Source: an uncultured Gammaproteobacteria bacterium
GTDB taxonomy: Bacteria > Patescibacteriota > Patescibacteriia > UBA1558 > S5-K13
Reading direction: 5' to 3'
Length of the DNA: 64,000 bases
NCBI GenBank assembly: GCA_964424195.1
Contig: CAYRHT010000001.1
Coordinates: 207,542 to 271,541 of the forward strand
The notes under the pieces were generated by a model. It saw only the letters and a program-made list of their open reading frames with translations. It was not told the DNA's origin and searched no databases. Both the position numbers and the translations under genes were made by a program. Shown here piece by piece: positions 51,641-61,380 of this stretch (its first letter is position 1; every line of letters begins with the position of its first letter).

Positions 51641-53785
51641 ATGAAAAATTTAAAAAAGGATTTAGAAAAAATAAATAATAAATCAAATATGAGTATTAAA
51701 AAAATTATAATTAGTATTATAGTTTTAGGAATTATTGGATTTATAGGCTATGTAGCTTTTAACCTTTATTTCCACAACGAATTTTTTAATTATCAGAATG
51801 TTCTGCAATCTCGTCCTAATACAGATGTATTAAAGAAGGATGTAATTCCTAAAGAAGTTAAGGCTAAGATTAAAAAATTTAAATCAGAAGAGGAATTTAA
51901 AGAGTATTTAAGTAAAGCTGGTAGTGATTCTCAATACGCTATGTATGGCTCAGGAATGAGAAATATGGCTGTTATGGAAGACTCTATAATGATGAAGGCT
52001 GAAACTTTAGCTGTTCCAAGTATGGATATGGATGGGGCTAGTGGAGGACAATCAGCAGAAAGAGTATCAGATACTAATACTCAAGTTTTGAGTATTGATG
52101 AACCAGATATTGTTAAAACAGATGGAGAAGATATCTATTATGCTCAAAATAACTATTATCGATACAAGAGTTTTGGAATGCCTCATAATCAAAATGCAGA
52201 GATTAAAGTTATTAAAGCTTTTCCACCAGCAGAGTTAGAAGAAATTGCTGAGATTGATAAGTCTGGCGATCTATTCCTTCATGAAAATACTTTAGTAGTT
52301 TTCTCTGGAAAAAGTATCTATGGTTATGATGTTAGTGATTCTCAAAATCCCGAAGAGAAATGGGAATTAGAGTTAGGAGATAATAATCATCTAATAGAGT
52401 CTAGATTGTATAACGGAGATATTTATTTAGTAACTAGGAATTATATTAATACCTATAGTCCTTGTCCAATTACTCCTTTTAGAATAGGTGAAGAAGAAAT
52501 AGAAATAAGGTGTGCTGATATTTATTACCCAACTATTCCAGTAGAAACAGATTCTACTTTTATTACTTTAAAAATTGATGCTCAATCTGGAGAAATAAAA
52601 GACAAGACTTCTTTTATCGGTTCTGCTAATTCCTCGGTAACTTATATGTCTGAATCAGCTATCTACGTCACTTACTTCTATAACAAAGATAACTTAGAGT
52701 TCTTTTCTAATTTCCTGAGCCAGAAATGTTCTGATTTAGTCCCAGAGAGCTTAATTAATAGCCTCAAGACCTTAAGTTCTTACAACATCAGCAATCAAGC
52801 TAAAATGACTGAAATGCAGGTTCTATTAGAGAAATTCTATACTGGTTTAGATAATGATGAAAGATTAAGAATAGAGAATGAATTTTCTAACAGAATGGAT
52901 GGATATCATAAAGAGCATATTAGAGAATTAGAAAAAACTGGAATTGTAAAAATTAATCTAGATGATTTTAAAGTAGATGCTAATGGAGAAGTTCCTGGTT
53001 ATCCTTTAAATCAATTTGCTTTAGATGAATATGAAGGTAATTTAAGAATGGCAACTACTGTGGGAGAAAGAACAGGTGGATTCTATTTCATTGGTAGAGG
53101 AGAGAGCTTAAATGATGTTTATGTTTTGGATAAGAAATTAAAGATAAAAGGCTCTGTTTTAAATCTCGGAGAAACTGAGAGAGTATATTCAGTTAGATTT
53201 GTAGGAGAAATGGCTTATGTAGTTACTTTCCGACAAACAGATCCATTCTATGTTTTAGACTTATCCAATCCTTCTCAGCCAGAATTAAAAGGCGAATTAA
53301 AGATTCCTGGATATTCTTCTTATCTCCACCCTGTTTCTAAGGATACTATTTTAGGAGTAGGTAAAGAAGGTTCCAAGGTAAAACTTTCTTTGTTTGACGT
53401 TTCTGATCCGACTGACCCTCAAGAAGTAAGTAAATATATGTTAGATGAGTATTGGTCAGAAGCAGTCAACAATCATCATGCTTTCTTATTAGACAAGAAA
53501 CATGGAGTATTCTTTATTCCTGGTGGAAAAGGAGCATATATTTTCTCTTATGATAATAATGAATTAACTTTAACTAAAGCTTTAAGTAAAACTGGAATTA
53601 AAAGAGCTTTATACTTAGATGATTACCTATACATCATTGGTCAATCTGAAATTAGTGTTTTGAATGAAAATGATTGGACTGAAGTCAATAAATTAGAATT
53701 TAGTGATATAGATAATTATGAACCAGTATTAGAAGATGATGATATGGAAAACCTTAGAGAAATAGAGGTTTTGAAGAATAGATAA
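51641..53785 (+). CDS. Membrane-anchored extracytoplasmic beta-propeller domain protein
   Basis: 714 aa; N-terminal TM; repeated strand-rich blocks (DGEDIYYAQNNYY, NGDIYLVTRNY, AIYVTYFYN, VRFVGEMAYVVTFRQTDPFYVLDLSNPSQPEL) typical of the Beta_propel family; located downstream of PadR. Confidence 0.6.
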   Translation: MKNLKKDLEKINNKSNMSIKKIIISIIVLGIIGFIGYVAFNLYFHNEFFNYQNVLQSRPNTDVLKKDVIPKEVKAKIKKFKSEEEFKEYLSKAGSDSQYAMYGSGMRNMAVMEDSIMMKAETLAVPSMDMDGASGGQSAERVSDTNTQVLSIDEPDIVKTDGEDIYYAQNNYYRYKSFGMPHNQNAEIKVIKAFPPAELEEIAEIDKSGDLFLHENTLVVFSGKSIYGYDVSDSQNPEEKWELELGDNNHLIESRLYNGDIYLVTRNYINTYSPCPITPFRIGEEEIEIRCADIYYPTIPVETDSTFITLKIDAQSGEIKDKTSFIGSANSSVTYMSESAIYVTYFYNKDNLEFFSNFLSQKCSDLVPESLINSLKTLSSYNISNQAKMTEMQVLLEKFYTGLDNDERLRIENEFSNRMDGYHKEHIRELEKTGIVKINLDDFKVDANGEVPGYPLNQFALDEYEGNLRMATTVGERTGGFYFIGRGESLNDVYVLDKKLKIKGSVLNLGETERVYSVRFVGEMAYVVTFRQTDPFYVLDLSNPSQPELKGELKIPGYSSYLHPVSKDTILGVGKEGSKVKLSLFDVSDPTDPQEVSKYMLDEYWSEAVNNHHAFLLDKKHGVFFIPGGKGAYIFSYDNNELTLTKALSKTGIKRALYLDDYLYIIGQSEISVLNENDWTEVNKLEFSDIDNYEPVLEDDDMENLREIEVLKNR

Positions 53786-53802
53786 AGATATAATAATATA
53801 TT

Positions 53803-53830
53803 AAACCCTGTTGAAAAACAGGGTTTTTTC
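53803..53830 (+). terminator. Rho-independent terminator
   Basis: AAACCCTGTT-gaaa-AACAGGGTTT followed by TTTTC. Confidence 0.65.
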
Positions 53831-53915
53831 TTGACTTTTTTCTTTATTATAGCTATACTAATCACAGTTAGTTAGATTTCTAGCTATACTTTTTTGTTAT
53901 TTATTAAAATATAAT

Positions 53916-54101
53916 ATGATTAAAAAATTTACAAAATACATTAAAGATTCTATTACTGAACTTAAGAAGGTTGTATGGCCTACTAAAAAAGAGGTTATTA
54001 AAAAAACTGGACAAGTATTGTTTATCAGCTTGTTTGTTTCTTTCTTCTTAGGAGTAGTAGATTTTGCTTTAACAAGAATTTTAGAAAATTTCGTTAAATA
54101 A
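53916..54101 (+). CDS. secE: Preprotein translocase subunit SecE
   Basis: 61 aa; KDSITELKKVVWPTKKEV followed by a single TM helix; upstream of nusG-rplK-rplA. Confidence 0.8.
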   Translation: MIKKFTKYIKDSITELKKVVWPTKKEVIKKTGQVLFISLFVSFFLGVVDFALTRILENFVK

Positions 54102-54119
54102 ATTATTTAAAATAAATTT

Positions 54120-54665
54120 ATGCCAAAACAAGATCCAAATATTGGTCAAAAATGGTATGTTTTACATACTTATTCTGGTTATGAAGAAAATGTAAAAAGA
54201 AACCTTGAACAAAGAGCAGAGTCTATGAATATGCAAGACTTTATCTTTGATGTTTTAATACCCACAGAGACTAAGATTAAAATTAAAAATGGTAAAAGAA
54301 AAACTGTTCGGGAAAAGATTTTTCCAGGCTATGTTTTGGTAAACATGGCAGTTACTGATGCTTCTTGGTATGTAGCTCGAAATACTCCTAATGTCACTGG
54401 ATTTATTGGTTCTGGAACTACTCCAGTAGCAATGTCTGAAGCTGAAGTTAAATCATTACAAAAGAGAATGGGTGTTGAAGAACCAGAATACAAGATTGAT
54501 GTTGCTAAAGGTGATGCAGTAAAGATAGTTGATGGACCATTTAAAGGTTTTGAAGGTAAAACTGATAGTATTGATGAGAGTCACGGTAAAGTTAAAGTAT
54601 TAGTTTCAATGTTCGGTCGAGAAACTCCAGTAGAATTAGACTTTTTACAAATTAAGAAAATATAA
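54120..54665 (+). CDS. nusG: Transcription termination/antitermination factor NusG
   Basis: 181 aa; NGN domain KWYVLHTYSGYE; KOW motif GDAVKIVDGPFKGFEGK. Confidence 0.9.
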   Translation: MPKQDPNIGQKWYVLHTYSGYEENVKRNLEQRAESMNMQDFIFDVLIPTETKIKIKNGKRKTVREKIFPGYVLVNMAVTDASWYVARNTPNVTGFIGSGTTPVAMSEAEVKSLQKRMGVEEPEYKIDVAKGDAVKIVDGPFKGFEGKTDSIDESHGKVKVLVSMFGRETPVELDFLQIKKI

Positions 54666-54726
54666 TATAAATTAATTAAAGATTTAGATAATCTTCGGAT
54701 TTGCTTCTCTAGGTCTCAAAAAATGT

Positions 54727-55149
54727 ATGGCTAAAAAAGTAAAAACAATTATAAAATTACAAATACAAGGTGGTAAAGCAAATCCAGCTCCACCAGTTGG
54801 TCCAGCTTTAGGACAACATGGACTAGATATTCAAGGTTTTTGTACAAGATTTAATGATGCTACTAAGGATAAGATGGGAGAAATTGTACCAGCAGTTATT
54901 ACTGTATATGAAGATGCTAGTTTTGATTTTGTATTAAAAACTCCTCCAGCTTCAGCTTTGTTATTAAAAGCAGCTGGTATTAAAAAAGGTGCTGGTAATC
55001 CTTTATTAGAAACAGTAGCTACTATCTCTAAATCTCAGGTTAAAGAAATTGCTGAGAAGAAAATGCCTGATTTAAATGCCTATGATATTGAAGCAGCAAT
55101 GAAAATTATTGAAGGTACTGCTCGACAAATGGGTATTAAAGTTAAATAA
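54727..55149 (+). CDS. rplK: 50S ribosomal protein L11
   Basis: 140 aa; [27 protein letters not shown]; highly conserved. Confidence 0.93.
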   Translation: MAKKVKTIIKLQIQGGKANPAPPVGPALGQHGLDIQGFCTRFNDATKDKMGEIVPAVITVYEDASFDFVLKTPPASALLLKAAGIKKGAGNPLLETVATISKSQVKEIAEKKMPDLNAYDIEAAMKIIEGTARQMGIKVK

Positions 55150-55173
55150 ACTTAAAAATTAAAAACAAAAATT

Positions 55174-56064
55174 ATGTCATCAGCAAACAGTGCTAAGATT
55201 ACTTTCTTTTATTTATTATCACTATTTAGTTTAGCTTTCGCAGCTATTTCTAGTGGAATGATCTTATTTCAAGTGATTAATAAATTAATTCCAGATGCAC
55301 TTAATTATAGTGGTCGATTTTCAGCAGAGGCTTTAAGATTTGGTATCTCAGCTGTAATTGTAGCTACTCCTGTGTATTATTGGATGACTTCCTTAATTCA
55401 AAAGAGTTTGAAAAAAGGGGAGTTAGATAAGGAGTCTCAATTAAGAAAGTGGATGACTTATATTATTATTTTAGTTTCCGCAATCGTAATTATTGTCTCT
55501 TTAATTGGAGTTATTAATAATTATTTAAGTGGTGATTTGACTAGTAAAATTGCTTTAAAAGTATTAACCACTATTATAATCTCCGGAGTTGTTCTTTCTT
55601 ACTATCTATACAATATTAAAAGAGAGAACTTTGAAAAAGAAACAGTAGTTAAGACATATTTCTGGTCTTCATTGGTTTTAGTATTAGTAATACTAGTTTC
55701 TGGATTTTTAGTAGCTGATTCTCCAGCTCAAGTTAGAAAGATTAAACATGATCGTAACATCATTAATGATTTAAATAGTATTAAATATCAAATTGAAAAT
55801 TACACTAGGAATTATGGAAAATTACCAGAAGATTTGAAAGATTTAAATATGCTTAAAATTGACTATTTTGAAAGAGATGGAGAGGTTACAGATTTTGAGT
55901 ATAAAGTTTTAGAGGATAATGAATACGAAATTTGTGCTGAATTTGAAACCAATAGTGAAGAAATGGATGATTTGTATGGTAATCAAAGAGAATGGCCTCA
56001 TAAAATTGGGAAAGAATGTTTTCAAAGAACTGTAAATTTAATAGACATTCAATTAAAAAATTAA
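55174..56064 (+). CDS. Polytopic membrane protein with C-terminal type-IV-pilin/GspG-like periplasmic domain, inserted between rplK and rplA
   Basis: 296 aa; about 6 TM helices in the N-terminal 190 aa. The C-terminal segment RKIKHDRNIINDLNSIKYQIENYTRNYGKLPEDLKDL resembles the helix/loop of pseudopilins (..DL..L..AL..Y..dnG.yP..L..L). Confidence 0.5.
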   Translation: MSSANSAKITFFYLLSLFSLAFAAISSGMILFQVINKLIPDALNYSGRFSAEALRFGISAVIVATPVYYWMTSLIQKSLKKGELDKESQLRKWMTYIIILVSAIVIIVSLIGVINNYLSGDLTSKIALKVLTTIIISGVVLSYYLYNIKRENFEKETVVKTYFWSSLVLVLVILVSGFLVADSPAQVRKIKHDRNIINDLNSIKYQIENYTRNYGKLPEDLKDLNMLKIDYFERDGEVTDFEYKVLEDNEYEICAEFETNSEEMDDLYGNQREWPHKIGKECFQRTVNLIDIQLKN

Positions 56065-56128
56065 ATAATATAATTAATCGAGGGAGCGTTAAATAATGCA
56101 TTAATACCTCGAAAGAAAGAAAATTAGT

Positions 56129-56806
56129 ATGGGAAAACAATCAAAGAGATTCAAAGAAATAAATGCTAAAATTGAAAAGGATAAAGTATATTCTTTAGAA
56201 GAAGCAGTAGCATTGGTTAAAGAGACTTCTAATGTAAAGTTTGATGCTTCAGTTGAAATTCATATGAATTTAGGAATTGATCCTAAAAAAGGTGATCAAA
56301 TTATTAGATCAACAGTTACTTTACCGAATGGAAATGGTAAAGAAAAGAAAATTGCAGCTTTTACTTCTAAGATTGATGAAGCTCAGAAAGCTGGAGCAAG
56401 TATTGCTGGTGATGATGATTTAATTGCTAAGATTAAGAAAACCGGTAAATGTGATTTTGATGTAGCAGTAGCTACACCAGAGATGATGCCGAAGATTGCT
56501 CAAATTGCTAAAGTTTTAGGACAGAAGGGTTTAATGCCTAATCCAAAATCAGGAACTATTGGACCAAATGTTACTAAAATGATTGAAGAGCTTAAAAAAG
56601 GTAAAGAAACATTTAAGAATGATGATTCTGCTAATGTTCATTTAGCTGTTGGTAAAGTTAGTTTTACAGAAGAGCAATTAGTAGAAAATATTTCTAGCTT
56701 TTTAGAGACTGTTAAGAAGATTAAACCTAGTGGAGTTAAAGGAACTTATATCAAAGGTGTTTCTATGTCTTCCAGTATGGGTCCTGGAATAAAGATTAGT
56801 GTATAA
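56129..56806 (+). CDS. rplA: 50S ribosomal protein L1
   Basis: 225 aa; MGKQSKRFKEINAKI...; conserved L1 blocks; terminator hairpin AGGAAGTCA-atg-ACTTCCT + T-run at 56824-56852. Confidence 0.9.
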   Translation: MGKQSKRFKEINAKIEKDKVYSLEEAVALVKETSNVKFDASVEIHMNLGIDPKKGDQIIRSTVTLPNGNGKEKKIAAFTSKIDEAQKAGASIAGDDDLIAKIKKTGKCDFDVAVATPEMMPKIAQIAKVLGQKGLMPNPKSGTIGPNVTKMIEELKKGKETFKNDDSANVHLAVGKVSFTEEQLVENISSFLETVKKIKPSGVKGTYIKGVSMSSSMGPGIKISV

Positions 56807-56823
56807 GATATATTTTTAGATAT

Positions 56824-56852
56824 TAAAAAGGAAGTCAATGACTTCCTTTTTT
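56824..56852 (+). terminator. Rho-independent terminator after rplA
   Basis: AAGGAAGTCA-atg-ACTTCCTT followed by TTTTTG. Confidence 0.65.
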
Positions 56853-56901
56853 GTTTAATATTTGTTAAATTTAGTATATGAAAGAAAATAAAATAAAATA
56901 A

Positions 56902-58461
56902 ATGTCTAAAAAGAAAATAAAGCTAGGAGATTTGTATTTCATTGCCGCGGAAATAACACATGATACTATTTTTATGATGGGAGCTCCTGGTAAATATTTT
57001 ATGCAAGAATGGTATAAAATAGGATTTGGTAATTATTTGCATAAATGTTATTTTTATTTTCAAGGTGATTTTTGTCAAATGTGGTTTAAGAGATCAGAAT
57101 GGGATGCTCAGTCTAATTTTTTAGCTAATAAGATGATTGGCAAACCAGATTGGACTTTGAAGAAATTAAAAGATATTGAAATTTGGTCAAAGAATTTTAT
57201 GAAAGAGTCTAGTAAATTTGTTAAATTATCTTTTTCAGAAATGAGTAATCAGGAGATTATAAAAGCTTATAAAAAAGTTCATAAATGGCACAAATTATCT
57301 CATGGAATATCTCCAGCTTTAACTTGGATGGCTGATGCTGATGGTGAAAGAGTGAGTAAAGCAATTATTAAAATAGTAGATGAACAAATTAAAAAGCGAA
57401 AATTAAAATTAAATACAGCTTCGGTTTTTAGCATTTTTTCTAGTTCTATTCGAGATAGTTTTACTACTAAGGAAGAAAAGGAATTCTTAAAAGTATCTCA
57501 GAAAATTATTGAACAAAAAGATATTAAGAGAATTTTTCAAAAATTTAAATTAGAACAATTAGAGAAGGAATTGAAGAAAAAAGATAGGAAAATGTTTAGA
57601 CTTCTTTATTGTCATTATCAAAAATGGGCTTGGTTACTCTTTGGATATAAAGGTCCAGCATATAGTTTGGAATATTTTTTAGAGAGATGGCAAATAATTA
57701 TTCAGAAAAAAGTTTCTCCAAGCAAGGCTTTAAAAGAAATTAATGTTCAAAAAGAAGAAACTAAAGAAGAGCAAAAACAATTATTAAAAAAGTTAAAGTT
57801 TAATTCTAGTCAATTAAAGTTATTAAAAGTGACTCAAGAAATCCTTTTTATTAAAGAATTTAGAAAAGGAGCTTTGTATCATGGAATGTATTGTTATGAG
57901 CCTTGTTTTAAAGAAATATCACGGAGATTAGCTTTAACTATTGATCAAGTTTGGGCTATGCCTTCTTGGGAAGTATTAAATGTTTTAAAAACTGATCGAG
58001 TCGATCAAGATAAATTAAATCAACGTTTAAAAGAAGCTATTTGTTGTATAGATAGAAAAAATTATTTTGTTTATAGTGGGGAAAAAGCTAGAAAAATATT
58101 TAATAGTCTTTCAAAAGAAAAGATTCCTAATAAAAAAGATGTTCAAGAATTAACTGGAACTTGTGCTTGTCCAGGTTATGCTAAAGGGAAAGTTAAAATT
58201 ATAGAAGTTCCAGAAGATATGATTAAAATGAAAAAAGGTGATATTTTAGTTTCAGAAACAACATATCCTTCTTTAGTGCCAGCTATGAAAAAAGCCAGTG
58301 CTATTGTAACTAATGCTGGTGGTTTAACTTGTCATGCTGCTATAGTTTCTAGAGAATTAAAAATCCCTTGTGTAGTAGGAACTAAAATAGCTAATAAAAT
58401 TTTAGATGATGGGGATAAAGTAGAGGTTAATGCTAGTAGAGGAATTGTTAAAAAGATATAA
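56902..58461 (+). CDS. PEP-utilising-enzyme family protein: N-terminal helical/ATP-grasp-associated domain plus C-terminal swivelling phosphohistidine domain (paralog 1)
   Basis: 519 aa; C-terminal GTCACPGYAKGKVKII...GDILVSETTYPSLVPAMKKASAIVTNAGGLTCHAAIVSRELKIPCVVG matches the PEP-utilizers mobile domain with conserved T-x-H; no PEP-binding TIM barrel. Confidence 0.6.
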   Translation: MSKKKIKLGDLYFIAAEITHDTIFMMGAPGKYFMQEWYKIGFGNYLHKCYFYFQGDFCQMWFKRSEWDAQSNFLANKMIGKPDWTLKKLKDIEIWSKNFMKESSKFVKLSFSEMSNQEIIKAYKKVHKWHKLSHGISPALTWMADADGERVSKAIIKIVDEQIKKRKLKLNTASVFSIFSSSIRDSFTTKEEKEFLKVSQKIIEQKDIKRIFQKFKLEQLEKELKKKDRKMFRLLYCHYQKWAWLLFGYKGPAYSLEYFLERWQIIIQKKVSPSKALKEINVQKEETKEEQKQLLKKLKFNSSQLKLLKVTQEILFIKEFRKGALYHGMYCYEPCFKEISRRLALTIDQVWAMPSWEVLNVLKTDRVDQDKLNQRLKEAICCIDRKNYFVYSGEKARKIFNSLSKEKIPNKKDVQELTGTCACPGYAKGKVKIIEVPEDMIKMKKGDILVSETTYPSLVPAMKKASAIVTNAGGLTCHAAIVSRELKIPCVVGTKIANKILDDGDKVEVNASRGIVKKI

Positions 58462-58473
58462 ATAGATCATTTT

Positions 58474-59511
58474 ATGAATAAACAAAAACTTATTAGAATA
58501 GCTATTAGAGATCGTTCATTATTGAATGGTTATATTTGGCATAAAAACAAACGATTGTCTTATAAAACTTGGCTTGATTATTCTATAAAAAATGATGTTG
58601 TTATTCGCCCACCTAATAAAAAGATGTCTGTTTGGTTTGATCCTAATGAACTATATAAAATCAATAAACTTATTTTAAAAAAAATTACAAAAGATTCTTC
58701 TTTTGTAGATAGAATTGAAGAATCAGCACGTTCCGTATGGAAAGAACTGCAACCCTTTATTAGTAAAAAAAAGCCAATTAGTACTATTACTGAATTTCAA
58801 TTCTTTTTTCATTCATATATTCTGTGGTGGTCACATGTTTCAATATTCATGATTATTCCAGATATTGAAGAAATTCCTTTAGTGATTAAAGAAAAAGTAC
58901 TTGGGATACGTTCAAAGTATGAGAAATTTTCTGATGTTTCAGATCAATTACTACTTCAATATTTTAAAAAATATTTTCCAGATTATAAGGATATATCTAA
59001 TGTTATTAGTCCAGATGAAATTGTGTCTTTGTCAAAAAATACTCTTACTATTAAAGAGTTAGATGCGATAAAAAAGAGAAATAAGAGAGGTTGGGTATTA
59101 ATAAACGGCGAGCTGTCTAGTCATAATAATATTGAGAAGTTATTAACCAAACATCGTCTTAAGTTAACTACTGATATTGCCGAAACAAATATAGATAGGC
59201 TTGTAGGTATGTCGGCATATAAAGGAAACATTAGAGGTGTGGTTAAGTTAGTTTTTAATAAAAGAGATTTATATAAGGTTAAAAAGGGTGATATTTTGGT
59301 TTCTGATGCTACGACACCAGATTTTTTACCAGCAATGAATAAAGCTACAGGATTTATAACTGATGAAGGCGGAATTACTTCACATACTGCTATTGTTGCA
59401 AGAGAAATGAAGAAACCTTGTATAGTTGGTACTAAAATTGCTACTCAAGTATTAAAAGATGGGGATTTAGTAGAAGTGGATGCTGACAAAGGTATTGTTA
59501 AAAAAATATAA
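58474..59511 (+). CDS. PEP-utilising-enzyme family protein (paralog 2)
   Basis: 345 aa; C-terminal GDILVSDATTPDFLPAMNKATGFITDEGGITSHTAIVAREMKKPCIVGTK, the same swivelling His domain, with a distinct N-terminal domain. Confidence 0.6.
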   Translation: MNKQKLIRIAIRDRSLLNGYIWHKNKRLSYKTWLDYSIKNDVVIRPPNKKMSVWFDPNELYKINKLILKKITKDSSFVDRIEESARSVWKELQPFISKKKPISTITEFQFFFHSYILWWSHVSIFMIIPDIEEIPLVIKEKVLGIRSKYEKFSDVSDQLLLQYFKKYFPDYKDISNVISPDEIVSLSKNTLTIKELDAIKKRNKRGWVLINGELSSHNNIEKLLTKHRLKLTTDIAETNIDRLVGMSAYKGNIRGVVKLVFNKRDLYKVKKGDILVSDATTPDFLPAMNKATGFITDEGGITSHTAIVAREMKKPCIVGTKIATQVLKDGDLVEVDADKGIVKKI

Positions 59512-59532
59512 ATAGAAATTTATAGAAAAAAA

Positions 59533-59562
59533 TTCAAGCCCATGCAATTGCAAGGGCTTGAT
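59533..59562. terminator. Bidirectional terminator hairpin
   Basis: CAAGCCC-atgcaattg-CAAGGGCTTG; a T-run follows on the minus strand (AAAAAAATT on top) and a weaker U-tract on the plus strand. Confidence 0.5.
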
Positions 59563-59583
59563 TGTGATCAGAGTAAAACTTAC

Positions 59584-60201
59584 TTATAATGTTGCTTCAG
59601 GTGTAAATTTTACTACTGATAGAATGTTTTCTCCGTCTGAGAAAATGACGTAAGATTGACATTCTTTTAAGCTGATTTTATCAGCAGAAATTAATTCTTT
59701 GCGAGCCATAAAGATTGATGGCCCTGGTTCATGAGATGTTCCGAAAATGAAATTAGGTTCAGATTTAACACTAAAATCATAGATAGTATCCATTGCTTTA
59801 TCAAAAGGTTGGTCTCCAAACAATGATGGAAACTCAGCAAGTTGTTTGAAAATTTCTGGAATACTAAAGTCTTCTTTCATTTCTTTGAACCATTCTCCTT
59901 TGTTAATTTTTTTGGAACTAATAATTGAATCTAAGCGATCGTCTTGAACCATCTGTGACGGGTGAAAGGTTTCCCACAAAGTTAGACCCGTTCTAATTTT
60001 AGGGGAATGATGAAATTTTGGTTCTCCAAGTTCAGATAATCTGTAGATTAGTTCTCGATAATCAGGCTCTACTTTTTGACAAAGAGTAATGCCATATGGT
60101 GTTAATGTGCGTGCGTTGTTTTCACCTTCTGATATGCTTTCAGAATGACGCATAATTACTGCTACTTTCGTAGCTTCTTTGGGAATAATAATTCCACTCA
60201 T
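59584..60201 (-). CDS. Histidine phosphatase superfamily (phosphoglycerate-mutase-like) protein
   Basis: 205 aa; SD GGAGGAAATC before the ATG; N-terminal VAVIMRHSES (RHG-type catalytic His); later FGTSHEPG (second His region). Confidence 0.55.
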   Translation of the reverse strand: MSGIIIPKEATKVAVIMRHSESISEGENNARTLTPYGITLCQKVEPDYRELIYRLSELGEPKFHHSPKIRTGLTLWETFHPSQMVQDDRLDSIISSKKINKGEWFKEMKEDFSIPEIFKQLAEFPSLFGDQPFDKAMDTIYDFSVKSEPNFIFGTSHEPGPSIFMARKELISADKISLKECQSYVIFSDGENILSVVKFTPEATL

Positions 60202-60355
60202 GATTTCCTCCTGTTTTTTTTGCTTTATTTTTCTACCTTATTCTTTTATTTTAGGCATTATATTAATATATCATATTTTAACTAAAAAGTCAAGTATATT
60301 TTATCTCTAAAAATTGTTAAGATTAACTTGTATTATAAGTAATAATATTATATTT

Positions 60356-61300
60356 ATGAACAAAATTATACAATTTTCAAAAATCTCCAAAAAAGATGTT
60401 CATTTAGCTGGAGGTAAGGGAGCTTCTTTAGGAGAAATGACTCAAGTTAAGATTCCAGTACCAGAAGGTTTTGTGATTACTGCCGGTGTATTTGATGAAT
60501 TTTTGTTAGAAACAGATTTATACCAAGATATTAAGGCTCAATTAAAGAAGGTGAATTATCAGGATACTAATTCTGTTGATAAGACTTCTAATGTTATTAG
60601 AGACTTAATTAATGATGCTGAATTTCCGACAGAATTAGCAAAGGAGATTGTTCAAGATTTCAAGAAATTAAAATGTAAATATGTAGCAGTTAGAAGTTCA
60701 GCTACCGCAGAAGATTCTTCCACGGCTTCTTGGGCCGGTGAACTCGATACTTTTCTAAATACCACTGAAAAAACTTTAACAGATAATATTAAAAAATGTT
60801 GGTCATCTTTATTCACCCCTCGAGCTATATTCTACCGAAAAGAAAAGAAATTATTAAATGCTAAGGTTTCAGTAGCAGTAGTAATTCAGAAAATGATTCA
60901 ATCTGAAATTTCTGGTATTACTTTTACAGTTCATCCTGTAACTAAGGACAAGAATCAAATGATTATTGAAGCTGGTTATGGTTTAGGAGAAGCTATTGTT
61001 TCGGGAAGTATTACTCCTGATTCTTATGTGGTTGATAAAAGAGATTTTTCTATTCTAGATATTAATATTGCTGAACAAAGTAGGAAATTAATTCAAAAAT
61101 CAGTTAAGGGAGACAATAAATGGGTTAAAATTCCTAAGAAGGAAGGTGAAAAACAAGTTTTAAGTGGTAAGCAGATAATAGAATTAGCAAAGCTTTGTGC
61201 AAAAATTGAAAAACATTATAAATTTCCTTGTGATATTGAATGGGCCTTTGAAAAGAGTAAATTCTATATCACTCAATCTCGGCCAATAACGACTTTGTAA
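60356..61300 (+). CDS. PPDK_N-type ATP-grasp nucleotide-binding domain protein (stand-alone N-terminal domain of PEP synthase / pyruvate phosphate dikinase / rifampin phosphotransferase-like enzymes)
   Basis: About 314 aa from the ATG at 60356 (the track starts at a TTG at 60314); KISKKDVHLAGGKGASLGEM...PEGFVITAGVFDEF...AVRSSATAEDS...SWAGELDTFLN...ISGITFTVHPVT is collinear with PPDK_N. Confidence 0.65.
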   Translation: MNKIIQFSKISKKDVHLAGGKGASLGEMTQVKIPVPEGFVITAGVFDEFLLETDLYQDIKAQLKKVNYQDTNSVDKTSNVIRDLINDAEFPTELAKEIVQDFKKLKCKYVAVRSSATAEDSSTASWAGELDTFLNTTEKTLTDNIKKCWSSLFTPRAIFYRKEKKLLNAKVSVAVVIQKMIQSEISGITFTVHPVTKDKNQMIIEAGYGLGEAIVSGSITPDSYVVDKRDFSILDINIAEQSRKLIQKSVKGDNKWVKIPKKEGEKQVLSGKQIIELAKLCAKIEKHYKFPCDIEWAFEKSKFYITQSRPITTL

Positions 61301-61380
61301 AATATTATTTTCGTGATATATTTAAGACAGGTTTGAATTATATTAATTTATAATAAACATTTTATTAATAATAAAAAAAT

